Below are positions 49,250 through 57,820 of a stretch of DNA of 64,000 nt, piece after piece. Location: positions 6,726 to 70,725 of the forward strand of contig JABDAL010000003.1 in NCBI GenBank assembly GCA_013289165.1, written 5' to 3'. How positions within the stretch are numbered: position 1 is the first letter of the stretch; each line of letters starts with the position of its first letter. The DNA is from Bacteroidota bacterium. GTDB lineage: Bacteria; Bacteroidota; Bacteroidia; JABEUT01. The notes under the pieces were generated by a model. That model saw nothing but the letters and a program-made list of their open reading frames with translations, did not search any database and had not been told where the DNA came from. The position numbers were made by a program, and so were the translations under genes.

Positions 49250-50017
49250 TTATCTCGCTCCTTTTTTGAATTTCTCTATGAAGCTTTTTGTAAACTCAGA
49301 GAGCAGTAACTTCCCGCTCATCTCTGCCCGTTCTGCTAACAATATATCCCAATTCTCTGTACCTTCCCAAAAAGCTTTTTTAAGTAGCCTCATTGCTTCA
49401 GGGTTGCTTTGCGATAATTTGGTTGCGAGTTCATGTACTGCTTTATCAAGCTCTTCAATAGTAGGATAAATAGCTGCATACAACCCTTTCTCCGTTGCCC
49501 ACTGAGCGCTCATCCATTCACTAGCATTGATAGATAATGTTACAAATCCCGAAGTGCCAATTTTCCGTTCCACTGCCGGACCCACTACAAAAGGGCCGAT
49601 ACCTACATTAAGTTCACTGAGCTTTACCGAAGCCACATCGGTTGCCAGCGTATAATCTGCTGCTGAAGCTATGCCTACGCCTCCGCCTACTGTTTTGCCT
49701 TGTACTCTTACTATCACAAATTTAGGTGCTTTGCGCATGGCATTTATCACAGAAGCAAATCCCGAAAAAAACTTTTTGCCTGTCTCTAAATCAGCGATGG
49801 AAATAAGTTCATCAAATGATGCACCGGCGCAGAACGCTTTCTCTCCGGCACTCTTGATAACAATAACTTTTGCCTCTTCGTTCTTCCCGGCTTTCTCAAT
49901 TTCCTGCGCAAAGTTATTCAGCAGCACTCCCGGAAGCGAATTACTTTGCGGATGAAAAAACTCTATGGTTGCAATTCCGCTACTAATACTGGTATTTACG
50001 CTGCCGGTGTCCATCAA
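49250..50017 (-). CDS. enoyl-CoA hydratase/isomerase-family protein
   Basis: 255-aa crotonase-fold ORF (FCAGASFDEL, GKTVGGGVGIA). Confidence 0.82.
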   Translation of the reverse strand: MMDTGSVNTSISSGIATIEFFHPQSNSLPGVLLNNFAQEIEKAGKNEEAKVIVIKSAGEKAFCAGASFDELISIADLETGKKFFSGFASVINAMRKAPKFVIVRVQGKTVGGGVGIASAADYTLATDVASVKLSELNVGIGPFVVGPAVERKIGTSGFVTLSINASEWMSAQWATEKGLYAAIYPTIEELDKAVHELATKLSQSNPEAMRLLKKAFWEGTENWDILLAERAEMSGKLLLSEFTKSFIEKFKKGAR

Positions 50018-50038
50018 ATAAATAGATATTTTAGTTTA

Positions 50039-50713
50039 TTAAGCGTCTTCGTTCATTTCCCCATTTGCAAAGCGCAATGTCCTTGCCGGAAATTTTTGAA
50101 CTAGGGAAAGGTTATGTGTGGCAATAATTACCGCACAATTGGTTTCTGTAATGCCGGAAAGGAGTTTGATAATATCCTCTGAAGTGTCCGGGTCAAGGTT
50201 TCCTGTGGGCTCATCGGCAAGAATAATTTCAGGGTGATTAAGAAGCGACCTCGCAATTGCTACCCGCTGCTGTTCTCCACCCGAAAGCTCGTGTGGCATT
50301 TTAAATCCTTTAGTTTGCAACCCCACTTTATCCAACACTTCATTTACCCGTTCATCTGTTTTTTTAGCATCCTTCCATCCCGTTGCGTGGAGCACAAAAA
50401 GCAAGTTGTTTTTCACTGTTCTGTCAGGCAGCAATTGAAAATCCTGGAAGATAATTCCTAATTTTCTTCTCAGCATGGGAATTTGCTTTCTCCTGATTTT
50501 CCTTAAATCAAATTCTGCTATATAAGCTTCTCCTTCCGTCAGTGCGATTTCTCCATATAGCGTTTCGAGCAGGCTGCTTTTTCCGCTTCCTGTTTTTCCC
50601 ATCAGGTAGATATGTTCCCCTTTTCGTACGTCCAGGTTAACTCGGCTCAGGATAAGGCTGTCCCCCTGGTAAATGGAAACGTTTTTCAGGCTGATGGCAA
50701 GATTCAAATCCAT
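50039..50713 (-). CDS. ftsE: ABC ATPase, FtsE-like cell-division ATP-binding protein
   Basis: 224-aa ORF with Walker A (GKTGSGKSS), the ABC signature (LSGGEQQR) and Walker B (ILADEPTG). Size and sequence are FtsE-like. Confidence 0.65.
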   Translation of the reverse strand: MDLNLAISLKNVSIYQGDSLILSRVNLDVRKGEHIYLMGKTGSGKSSLLETLYGEIALTEGEAYIAEFDLRKIRRKQIPMLRRKLGIIFQDFQLLPDRTVKNNLLFVLHATGWKDAKKTDERVNEVLDKVGLQTKGFKMPHELSGGEQQRVAIARSLLNHPEIILADEPTGNLDPDTSEDIIKLLSGITETNCAVIIATHNLSLVQKFPARTLRFANGEMNEDA

Positions 50714-51496
50714 TTAAAACAAAGTTTTCAATATCCGCAAATTATGTGTGTAGGTTTTTCTTTCCTCGCTGAAAATACCTACATGATCCAGTTTATCTAT
50801 ATGCACCCTGCCCGATGAATGAATGATTTGCATATCGGGTAGAATAATTCCCACATGCGAAATAGCGCCATCTTCATTATCAAAAAAAGCAAGGTCACCC
50901 GGTTTTGCCTCTTCCGGAAAATCCAGCGTCTCGCCCTGTTCCACTTGTTGCGACGCATCTCTCGGGAGTTTGATTCCATTCAGGCGGTAAACTATTTGAG
51001 AGAATCCTGAACAATCAATTCCAAAAGGTGTTCGCCCTCCCCATAGATAAGGGCTGTTCAAAAAAATAAAAGAATCTTCTATCATTTTTGAGCGCCTGGG
51101 TTTTGCCCCCGGAGTTACTGTACTGCCCTGGAAATTATATGTTTTTTTTTCTATCGAAAATTCTTTATTGTGAATAAATGGCAGGCAACTCCCGATGGGA
51201 ATGGGGAATGAAATATCCTGCGTGGTTTCTGTAATTATCCCGACAATATCAGAACTAAACGGGGCAGATACACTGCTTAGCTTATCAAATGTTTCTTTCG
51301 AAATAGAGAGATATTGTTTACGGTCAATCCAACTTTTATAGCCGTCAATTGCAGAACTGATATACACCCAGCTTTTGTGTTCTTCCAATATTTCAAAGTG
51401 CTCTCCAAATAGTAGCTGCGTAGTCATTTCGCTTTTGTCCGAAGGTTCTCTCCGGCAAGGTACTATACTCAGGTTGCAAAAGCCAAACAGGTTCAT
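50714..51496 (-). CDS. NlpC/P60 (C40) peptidase with an N-terminal SH3-like region
   Basis: 260-aa ORF. The C-terminal catalytic pattern is GIDCSGFSQIVY ... GDLAFF ... HVGII. Confidence 0.8.
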   Translation of the reverse strand: MNLFGFCNLSIVPCRREPSDKSEMTTQLLFGEHFEILEEHKSWVYISSAIDGYKSWIDRKQYLSISKETFDKLSSVSAPFSSDIVGIITETTQDISFPIPIGSCLPFIHNKEFSIEKKTYNFQGSTVTPGAKPRRSKMIEDSFIFLNSPYLWGGRTPFGIDCSGFSQIVYRLNGIKLPRDASQQVEQGETLDFPEEAKPGDLAFFDNEDGAISHVGIILPDMQIIHSSGRVHIDKLDHVGIFSEERKTYTHNLRILKTLF

Positions 51497-51502
51497 TCAG
51501 GA

Positions 51503-52684
51503 TTAGCAATTTTCAATTATCAATGCACTTGCACCACCGCCACCGTTGCATATTCCGGCAGCACCATAGTGGGCTTTGTTACGTTTTAATACATTAATCA
51601 GTGTTACTACAATTCTTGCACCTGAGCAGCCCAGCGGATGGCCCAATGATACAGCACCCCCATGTACATTTACCCTTTCAGGATTAAGATTTAATAATTT
51701 ATTATTCGCAAGAGCGACCACCGAAAAAGCTTCATTAATTTCAAAATAATCTATGTCGCTAATCTTCAGCTTGGCCTTTTCAATAGCTTTTGGTAAGGCT
51801 TTTGCGGGGGATGTAGTAAATTTTTCAGGCTCTTGCTCCGCATCTGCATAGCCGATTATTTTAGCGAGTGGTTTTAATCCCAACGCATCTGCTTTTTCTT
51901 TGCTCATAATAACCAGTGCTGCTGCTCCGTCATTCAACGTAGACGCGTTGGCAGCAGTAACTGTTCCGCCTTTTTCAAACACAGGCTGGAGAGTGGGTAT
52001 CTTATCAAATTTTACATTTTTATATTCTTCGTCTTCACTTACAATAATGGCAGGCCCCTTGCGCTGCGGTACTTCCACGGGTATAACTTCGTTGCTGAAA
52101 GCTCCATTTTTCCATGCTTCTGCGGCACGGGTGTAGGATGAGATAGCGTAGTTATCCTGCTCTTCGCGGCTTATCTGGCAGTCTTTGGCGCACAATTCCC
52201 CGGCAAGTCCCATATGTTTTCCTGAAAATGGGTCGGTAAGGCCATCATAAACCATGCCGTCAATAAGGGTTCCATTGCCCATACGGTAGCCTTTACGGGC
52301 CTGGGTCAAATAATAAGGAGCGAGAGACATGCTTTCCATTCCACCTGCCACCACTACATCATTATCGCCCAATAAAATACTTTGTGCAGCCCACATAATA
52401 GATTTCATGCCCGAGGCACAAACTTTATTTACCGTAGTGCAGGGAACATTATCCGGTATACCGGCATGACGTGCTGCCTGGCGCGCAGGAGCCTGTCCCA
52501 CTCCACCTTGCAATACGTTGCCCATAAAAACTTCAGTTATGTTGGATGGGTCTAAATTTATTTTCCCCAATGCCTGCTTGATGGCTGTAGCGCCCAATAT
52601 AGTAGCCGGAACTTCTGACAATGCCCCTCCGAAACTACCGATTGGAGTACGAACGGCCGAAACGATATAAACTTCTTTTGACAT
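51503..52684 (-). CDS. acetyl-CoA C-acetyltransferase (thiolase II)
   Basis: 393-aa ORF with thiolase motifs NKVCASGMK, NVHGGAVSLGHPLGCSGA and CNGGGGA. Confidence 0.9.
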   Translation of the reverse strand: MSKEVYIVSAVRTPIGSFGGALSEVPATILGATAIKQALGKINLDPSNITEVFMGNVLQGGVGQAPARQAARHAGIPDNVPCTTVNKVCASGMKSIMWAAQSILLGDNDVVVAGGMESMSLAPYYLTQARKGYRMGNGTLIDGMVYDGLTDPFSGKHMGLAGELCAKDCQISREEQDNYAISSYTRAAEAWKNGAFSNEVIPVEVPQRKGPAIIVSEDEEYKNVKFDKIPTLQPVFEKGGTVTAANASTLNDGAAALVIMSKEKADALGLKPLAKIIGYADAEQEPEKFTTSPAKALPKAIEKAKLKISDIDYFEINEAFSVVALANNKLLNLNPERVNVHGGAVSLGHPLGCSGARIVVTLINVLKRNKAHYGAAGICNGGGGASALIIENC

Positions 52685-52702
52685 AGTATTTTATTGATAC
52701 CC

Positions 52703-52710
52703 CAAAAGTA
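52703..52710 (-). promoter_or_regulatory. Bacteroidota -7 promoter box (TAnnTTTG) on the minus strand
   Basis: The reverse complement reads TACTTTTG, 19 nt upstream of the thiolase ATG at 52684. Confidence 0.4.
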
Positions 52711-52805
52711 AATCTTTTATGGGAATTGAATGTGACGTGCCTCAAATAGTTTGTCGGTTCCACTTTTTTATTACGTTTGACAATCATTTTTAAGAACATC
52801 TTTTT

Positions 52806-54041
52806 ATGTCGAATGAACAAACTCTTACGCACCGTGCGTTAAATACTACCGTTATAGTGGCTGCCTTGGGCTACTTTGTAGATATTTATGACCTGATACT
52901 TTTTGGTGTGGTGCGCAAGCCCAGCCTGGAGACAATAGGACTTAAGGGAGATGAAATATTATACAAAGGCATAGCCCTGCTAAACTGGCAGATGGCAGGT
53001 ATGATGCTGGGAGGTATTATATGGGGTATTTTGGGTGATAAAAGAGGAAGGCTTTCAGTATTATTCCTCACTATTTTGCTCTATTCACTTGCCAATATTG
53101 CAAATGCGTATGTGGTAAATTATACACAATATGTGGGGATGCGTTTTATTGCGGGCGTGGGTTTGGCAGGTGAACTTGGCTTGGGTATTACACTGGTGTC
53201 AGAAGTGATGTCAACTAAGAACAGGGGATACGGTACTACCATTGTTGGTTTTGTAGGTGTGCTTGGAGCTGTATTGGCGTACATTGTATCAATTATGTTT
53301 AGCTGGCAGAGGGCCTATATTGTGGGTGGCGTGTTAGGCCTCGCATTGCTTGTATTGCGTTTATTGGTGAGGGAATCCGGTATGTTCAATAAAATTAAAA
53401 CCATTGCAACTACCCGTGGACAGTTTTTCAGCCTTTTCACAAATCGTCAGCGCTTTTTAAAATATTTGTATTGTATATTTCTGGGGCTTCCCGTGTGGTA
53501 TATTATAGGCTTATTGGTTAATTTCTCTACGGAATTTGCCCAAAAGGTATTCCATATCCAGGGCACTATAATAGCCGGGCAGGCTATCATGTATCACTAC
53601 ATAGGTGCATCCATTGGCAGTTTGATGTGGGGAGTTATCAGCCAGTATTTGCGTTCCCGGAAAAAAGCATTAACTATAGCCATGTGCGGTATGGTAGTGA
53701 TGGCAGGTATTTATTTTTCTTCCTTCGGGTTTAGCTCTTTTGCATTTTATGTCATCATCTTTTTGCTGGGAATTACCCAGGGCTATTGGACAGTATTTAT
53801 CACCGTTGCATCGGAGCAGTTTGGCACTAATCTCCGTGCCACTGTTACCACCACAGTTCCTAATTTTGTGAGAGGTTCTTTCATTGGCATCTCTATGCTT
53901 TTTGTGTTTCTCCGCGATACCATGTTGGGTATGTTCAATTCTGCGCTTGTTACAGGTGTGTTGTGCATAGGACTTGGCTTTTTTGCCCTTTACAAATTGA
54001 AGGAAACCTATAATAAGGATTTGGATTATGTGGAGGAATAA
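52806..54041 (+). CDS. MFS transporter
   Basis: 411-aa ORF with about 12 hydrophobic helices and an MFS loop motif (GDKRGRL). Confidence 0.8.
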   Translation: MSNEQTLTHRALNTTVIVAALGYFVDIYDLILFGVVRKPSLETIGLKGDEILYKGIALLNWQMAGMMLGGIIWGILGDKRGRLSVLFLTILLYSLANIANAYVVNYTQYVGMRFIAGVGLAGELGLGITLVSEVMSTKNRGYGTTIVGFVGVLGAVLAYIVSIMFSWQRAYIVGGVLGLALLVLRLLVRESGMFNKIKTIATTRGQFFSLFTNRQRFLKYLYCIFLGLPVWYIIGLLVNFSTEFAQKVFHIQGTIIAGQAIMYHYIGASIGSLMWGVISQYLRSRKKALTIAMCGMVVMAGIYFSSFGFSSFAFYVIIFLLGITQGYWTVFITVASEQFGTNLRATVTTTVPNFVRGSFIGISMLFVFLRDTMLGMFNSALVTGVLCIGLGFFALYKLKETYNKDLDYVEE

Positions 54042-54046
54042 AATAC

Positions 54047-55177
54047 TTATTTAATCAAATGGGGCACGAACTGGCTCATGTTATTGGTAATTAATCCGGA
54101 CGATTCTCTTATTCCTATTCCTGCTGCCTGTTGGCCAATAATCCAACTGCCGATTAAAGGATGACCTCCATCGAATTCAGGCAGTGTTGCCAATGCTTGG
54201 TAAATAAACCCTTCTTCTCCATACTCTCCTTCCGAGCTTTCAATAACTGCATTGCCGGAAATAATTTCCACATTGGCCCCTTCCCTTGAAAAAATAGGTT
54301 TCCTGGCATAATCCCTGAGATACCCTTCTTCAAAATAGGCAGGAAGTAAATATTTATTTTCCGGGAAAAGCTCCCAAAGTATAGGTAAAATTGCCTTATT
54401 GGAGAGTATCATTTTCCAGGCAGGTTCAATCCAATAAGCTGAATTTTTATCTTCGGGAATATATTGTCCAAAGGGTTCATTAGCCGCCCATTCCCATGGA
54501 TAAAGTTTGAAAATATTTTTAATCGGATTGTTTTTAAGGTCAACAAAATACTTTGCTTGGGTATCCCATCCAATATCTTCCACATATATTAACCGGCTTT
54601 CTATACCCGCCTGCATGGCACAACTACTCATGTATTCTGTTGTGATTTGATCTTCCATATTATCTTTTATGCATGAAAAATAAAGGGGCATAGTACCCAA
54701 TAAAGGTTTTATTTCTGCCCAGTAATCAGTAAGTTTTTCATGAATAGAATTGAACTGGTCCTTTGAACCATCAATATCTTGCAGCCAGTACCATTGCACT
54801 ACACTTGCTTCAAATAAGGAGGTGGGCGTATCTGCATTAAACTCCAGCATTTTTAAACTACCATCCTTAAAGCAAAAATCAAATCGCCCATATATCGAAG
54901 GGTGGTCCTCATTCCACGATTTTATAACCAAAGGGATAATCCATTCGGGAATGTAAAATTTATCGAATAATCTTTTTTCAATTACGTAATCTACTGCATC
55001 AAGGCACATATCCCATAGTTCCAGCGTGGCTTCTTCAATGAGCAATATCTCCCCCATACTGAACTCATAATAGGCGCTTTCATCCCAATAGGGCATTTGG
55101 GGGGTATGAAAAGTGAACCCCAATTCTTCTACCCGTTGCTGCCAATTATCGCGGGGTAATATCTTGTGCCTTTTCAT
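54047..55177 (-). CDS. glutathionylspermidine-synthase-family ATP-grasp amidoligase (YgiC/YjfC-like)
   Basis: An ~376-aa ORF from the ATG at 55177 (the track extends to a TTG at 55216). The N-terminus (MKRHKILPRDNWQQRVEELGF) and EFNADTPTSL, FSREGANV are typical of the family. Confidence 0.8.
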   Translation of the reverse strand: MKRHKILPRDNWQQRVEELGFTFHTPQMPYWDESAYYEFSMGEILLIEEATLELWDMCLDAVDYVIEKRLFDKFYIPEWIIPLVIKSWNEDHPSIYGRFDFCFKDGSLKMLEFNADTPTSLFEASVVQWYWLQDIDGSKDQFNSIHEKLTDYWAEIKPLLGTMPLYFSCIKDNMEDQITTEYMSSCAMQAGIESRLIYVEDIGWDTQAKYFVDLKNNPIKNIFKLYPWEWAANEPFGQYIPEDKNSAYWIEPAWKMILSNKAILPILWELFPENKYLLPAYFEEGYLRDYARKPIFSREGANVEIISGNAVIESSEGEYGEEGFIYQALATLPEFDGGHPLIGSWIIGQQAAGIGIRESSGLITNNMSQFVPHLIK

Positions 55178-55391
55178 CGTGGTTTTGTTCTGCACCCGAA
55201 TGTGACTTATCTCCAAAACCTCCTCTCACTATCGATGATGCAGGTTTGTCGTTTTCCAATCCATTACTTTTGATATAAGGATGGGTAATTGCCGGAACTT
55301 TTTTGTTCCCGTCATCATTGCCTGCAAATTTGGCAGTTGCTGTAAACGATACCGTAAACAACAGGAGATTAATAATTTTTGATTTTTTCAT
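55146..55391 (-). CDS. small secreted protein (hypothetical)
   Basis: 81-aa ORF with a clear signal peptide (MKKSKIINLLLFTVSFTATAKFA) and a polar tail. It overlaps the ATP-grasp gene start by 32 nt. Coding status is unproven. Confidence 0.4.
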   Translation of the reverse strand: MKKSKIINLLLFTVSFTATAKFAGNDDGNKKVPAITHPYIKSNGLENDKPASSIVRGGFGDKSHSGAEQNHDEKAQDITPR

Positions 55392-55560
55392 AATGATAGA
55401 TTTAAAATATCTATAAACAAAGCTAACCTGGGAATTTCCACTTGTCTAAACTGTTAACACTTTTTAATCCCGAAAGGGCAAATTCTAATAGGATTTTAAT
55501 ATCCTTTTAATGCTGTTCTAATGTTGTAGCGATTCAAAAACCAATTTCCCCTTCTTTCTT

Positions 55561-55568
55561 TATCTTTG
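55561..55568 (+). promoter_or_regulatory. Bacteroidota -7 promoter box (TAnnTTTG)
   Basis: TATCTTTG overlaps the track's TTG start at 55566, which favours the ATG at 55593. Confidence 0.45.
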
Positions 55569-55592
55569 AGTGCCTTATTAAAAAAGGATTCA

Positions 55593-56960
55593 ATGAAATA
55601 TTACGAAAACATCCTTGGAACCATTGGCAACACTCCTTTGGTTAAGATAAATAAGATAACTGCCGGCATTTCTGCTTTGGTGCTTGCTAAGGTGGAAACT
55701 TTCAATCCAGGGAATAGCATTAAGGACCGTATGGCGCTCAAAATGATTGAAGATGCAGAGAAGAAAGGCTTATTAAAACCCGGTTATACGATTATTGAGG
55801 GTACTTCGGGCAATACAGGCATGGGTTTGGCTATTGCCGCCTGCATGAAAGGGTATAAATGTATTTTCACTACCACCGATAAGCAATCCAAAGAAAAATT
55901 TGATACCCTGCGTGCGTTTGGAGCCGAAGTAATAGTTTGTCCTACCAATGTAGAACCGGAGGACCCACGTTCGTATTATTCAGTTTCCAGCAGGCTGGTA
56001 AAAGAAATCCCCCGCTCGTGGAAAGCAAACCAATATGATAACTTATCGAATACTGCTGCCCACTATGAGCAAACTGGGCCTGAAATTTGGGAACAAACCG
56101 ATGGGAAAATAACCCATTTTATTTGCGGTGTAGGTACGGGAGGAACTATTTGTGGAGTGGGGAAATATTTAAAAGAAAAAAATCCTGCTGTACAGGTTTT
56201 GGGTATTGATACATATGGTTCTGTATTTAAGAAATATAAAGAAACCGGTATTTTGGATAAAGAAGAAATATATCCCTATATTACTGAAGGCATAGGGGAA
56301 GATTTTCTGCCCCAGAATGTTGATTTTAGTATGATAGATTATTTCGAAAAAGTAACGGACAAAGATGCAGCTATTATGACCCGGCGTATTTCAAGGGAAG
56401 AAGCCATTTTTGCAGGTAATTCATCCGGCTCGGTAATGGCCGGTGTGTTACAGATGAAAGATAGATTTAAAAAAGGAGATGTCGTTGTAGTTCTTTTCCA
56501 TGACCATGGCTCGCGCTACCTGGGTAAAATGTTTAACGATGAATGGATGAGCGACCGGGGCTTTTTGCAGGAATCTGAAATTACTGCCATAAAACTCATC
56601 GAAAGGCATAAGCAACACCGTCTTGTTACCGTGTCGGAAACAGATACTGTTCACAGTGCTGTTGCCCACATGAAGAAATATGGTATTTCACAAGTACCCG
56701 TTACCAATGAAGCAAAAACCGAATATATAGGCTCACTCAACGATACAGAGGTGTTTATGAAGCTTATAGATAATCCAAATTTGGGCACTGAAAAAGTTTC
56801 AGCCATTATACAGCCTCCCTTTCCATTTGTTGACCCTAAGGCATCTATTAAAGAAGTTTCCCGCCTTATAACTTCTGAAAACCGTGCTGTGCTGGTAAGA
56901 GATATTATGGGCGATCCGCATATTATTACCCGCCAGGATATTATAGAGGCATTCTGCTAA
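55593..56960 (+). CDS. cystathionine beta-synthase-like PLP enzyme with tandem C-terminal CBS domains
   Basis: Cysteine-synthase fold motifs (NPGNSIKDR, EGTSGNTG, GVGTGGT). A ~130-aa C-terminal region forms a CBS pair. Confidence 0.82.
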   Translation: MKYYENILGTIGNTPLVKINKITAGISALVLAKVETFNPGNSIKDRMALKMIEDAEKKGLLKPGYTIIEGTSGNTGMGLAIAACMKGYKCIFTTTDKQSKEKFDTLRAFGAEVIVCPTNVEPEDPRSYYSVSSRLVKEIPRSWKANQYDNLSNTAAHYEQTGPEIWEQTDGKITHFICGVGTGGTICGVGKYLKEKNPAVQVLGIDTYGSVFKKYKETGILDKEEIYPYITEGIGEDFLPQNVDFSMIDYFEKVTDKDAAIMTRRISREEAIFAGNSSGSVMAGVLQMKDRFKKGDVVVVLFHDHGSRYLGKMFNDEWMSDRGFLQESEITAIKLIERHKQHRLVTVSETDTVHSAVAHMKKYGISQVPVTNEAKTEYIGSLNDTEVFMKLIDNPNLGTEKVSAIIQPPFPFVDPKASIKEVSRLITSENRAVLVRDIMGDPHIITRQDIIEAFC

Positions 56961-56996
56961 AATTGGAGTTTGTATACTTTACGAGCTTTATAAATT

Positions 56997-57791
56997 ATGA
57001 ACTTTTATACAGACCAGATAGGGCATACAATACAAATTGAATCTCCGCCACAACGTATTATTTCCCTGGTTCCTTCTCAAACGGAATTACTGGCTTCGCT
57101 GGGTCTTGATAGGGAAGTAGTAGGGATTACCAAGTTTTGCATTCATCCTGAAGACTGGTTTAGAACGAAAACGAGGGTCGGTGGGACAAAAAATGTAAAC
57201 TTTGATAGAGTTGCCGAATTAAATCCTGACCTGGTTATATGCAATAAGGAAGAAAATAAAGAAGCGGATGTAAAACAACTGATGGAGAAATATCCCGTAT
57301 GGACAAGCGATATTCATAACCTGGAAGATGCCTGCCGGATGATGGCTTCTATAGGGGAGATGACGAATAAGACTAATGAAGTGCAAAGTTTAATTGATCA
57401 AATTAAGAAAGCATTTCAAGAATTCTCTCAACATAAACCTGGACCTGTGAGAGTGCTTTATCTCATTTGGAAAGAGCCCTATATGGCAGCAGGAAAAGAT
57501 ACTTTTATAGATTATATGCTCTCCCAATGTAACTTTATAAATGTATGTAATGAATCATATGGCAGATACCCCGAATTAACATTGGAACAGATAAAAATAC
57601 TAAAACCCCGGCTTATTATGCTCTCTTCAGAGCCCTACCCATTCAAAGAAAAGCATGTGGCCGAATTTAAAATATACTATCCCGAGGCTTTGTCCGTTAT
57701 GGTGGACGGGGAGTATTTTTCATGGTATGGTTCACGACTGGTAAATGCCCCCGCTTATTTTAAAACAGTGATTCAAGGCATTAATTTGTAG
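56997..57791 (+). CDS. BtuF-like periplasmic binding protein (helical-backbone metal/cobalamin receptor family)
   Basis: 264-aa ORF with the pattern PQRIISLVPSQTELL..LG, PDLVI and SSEPYPF, typical of class III substrate-binding proteins. Confidence 0.65.
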   Translation: MNFYTDQIGHTIQIESPPQRIISLVPSQTELLASLGLDREVVGITKFCIHPEDWFRTKTRVGGTKNVNFDRVAELNPDLVICNKEENKEADVKQLMEKYPVWTSDIHNLEDACRMMASIGEMTNKTNEVQSLIDQIKKAFQEFSQHKPGPVRVLYLIWKEPYMAAGKDTFIDYMLSQCNFINVCNESYGRYPELTLEQIKILKPRLIMLSSEPYPFKEKHVAEFKIYYPEALSVMVDGEYFSWYGSRLVNAPAYFKTVIQGINL

Positions 57792-57820
57792 TTTTGCAGC
57801 GGAATATACTGGAGGCGTTT

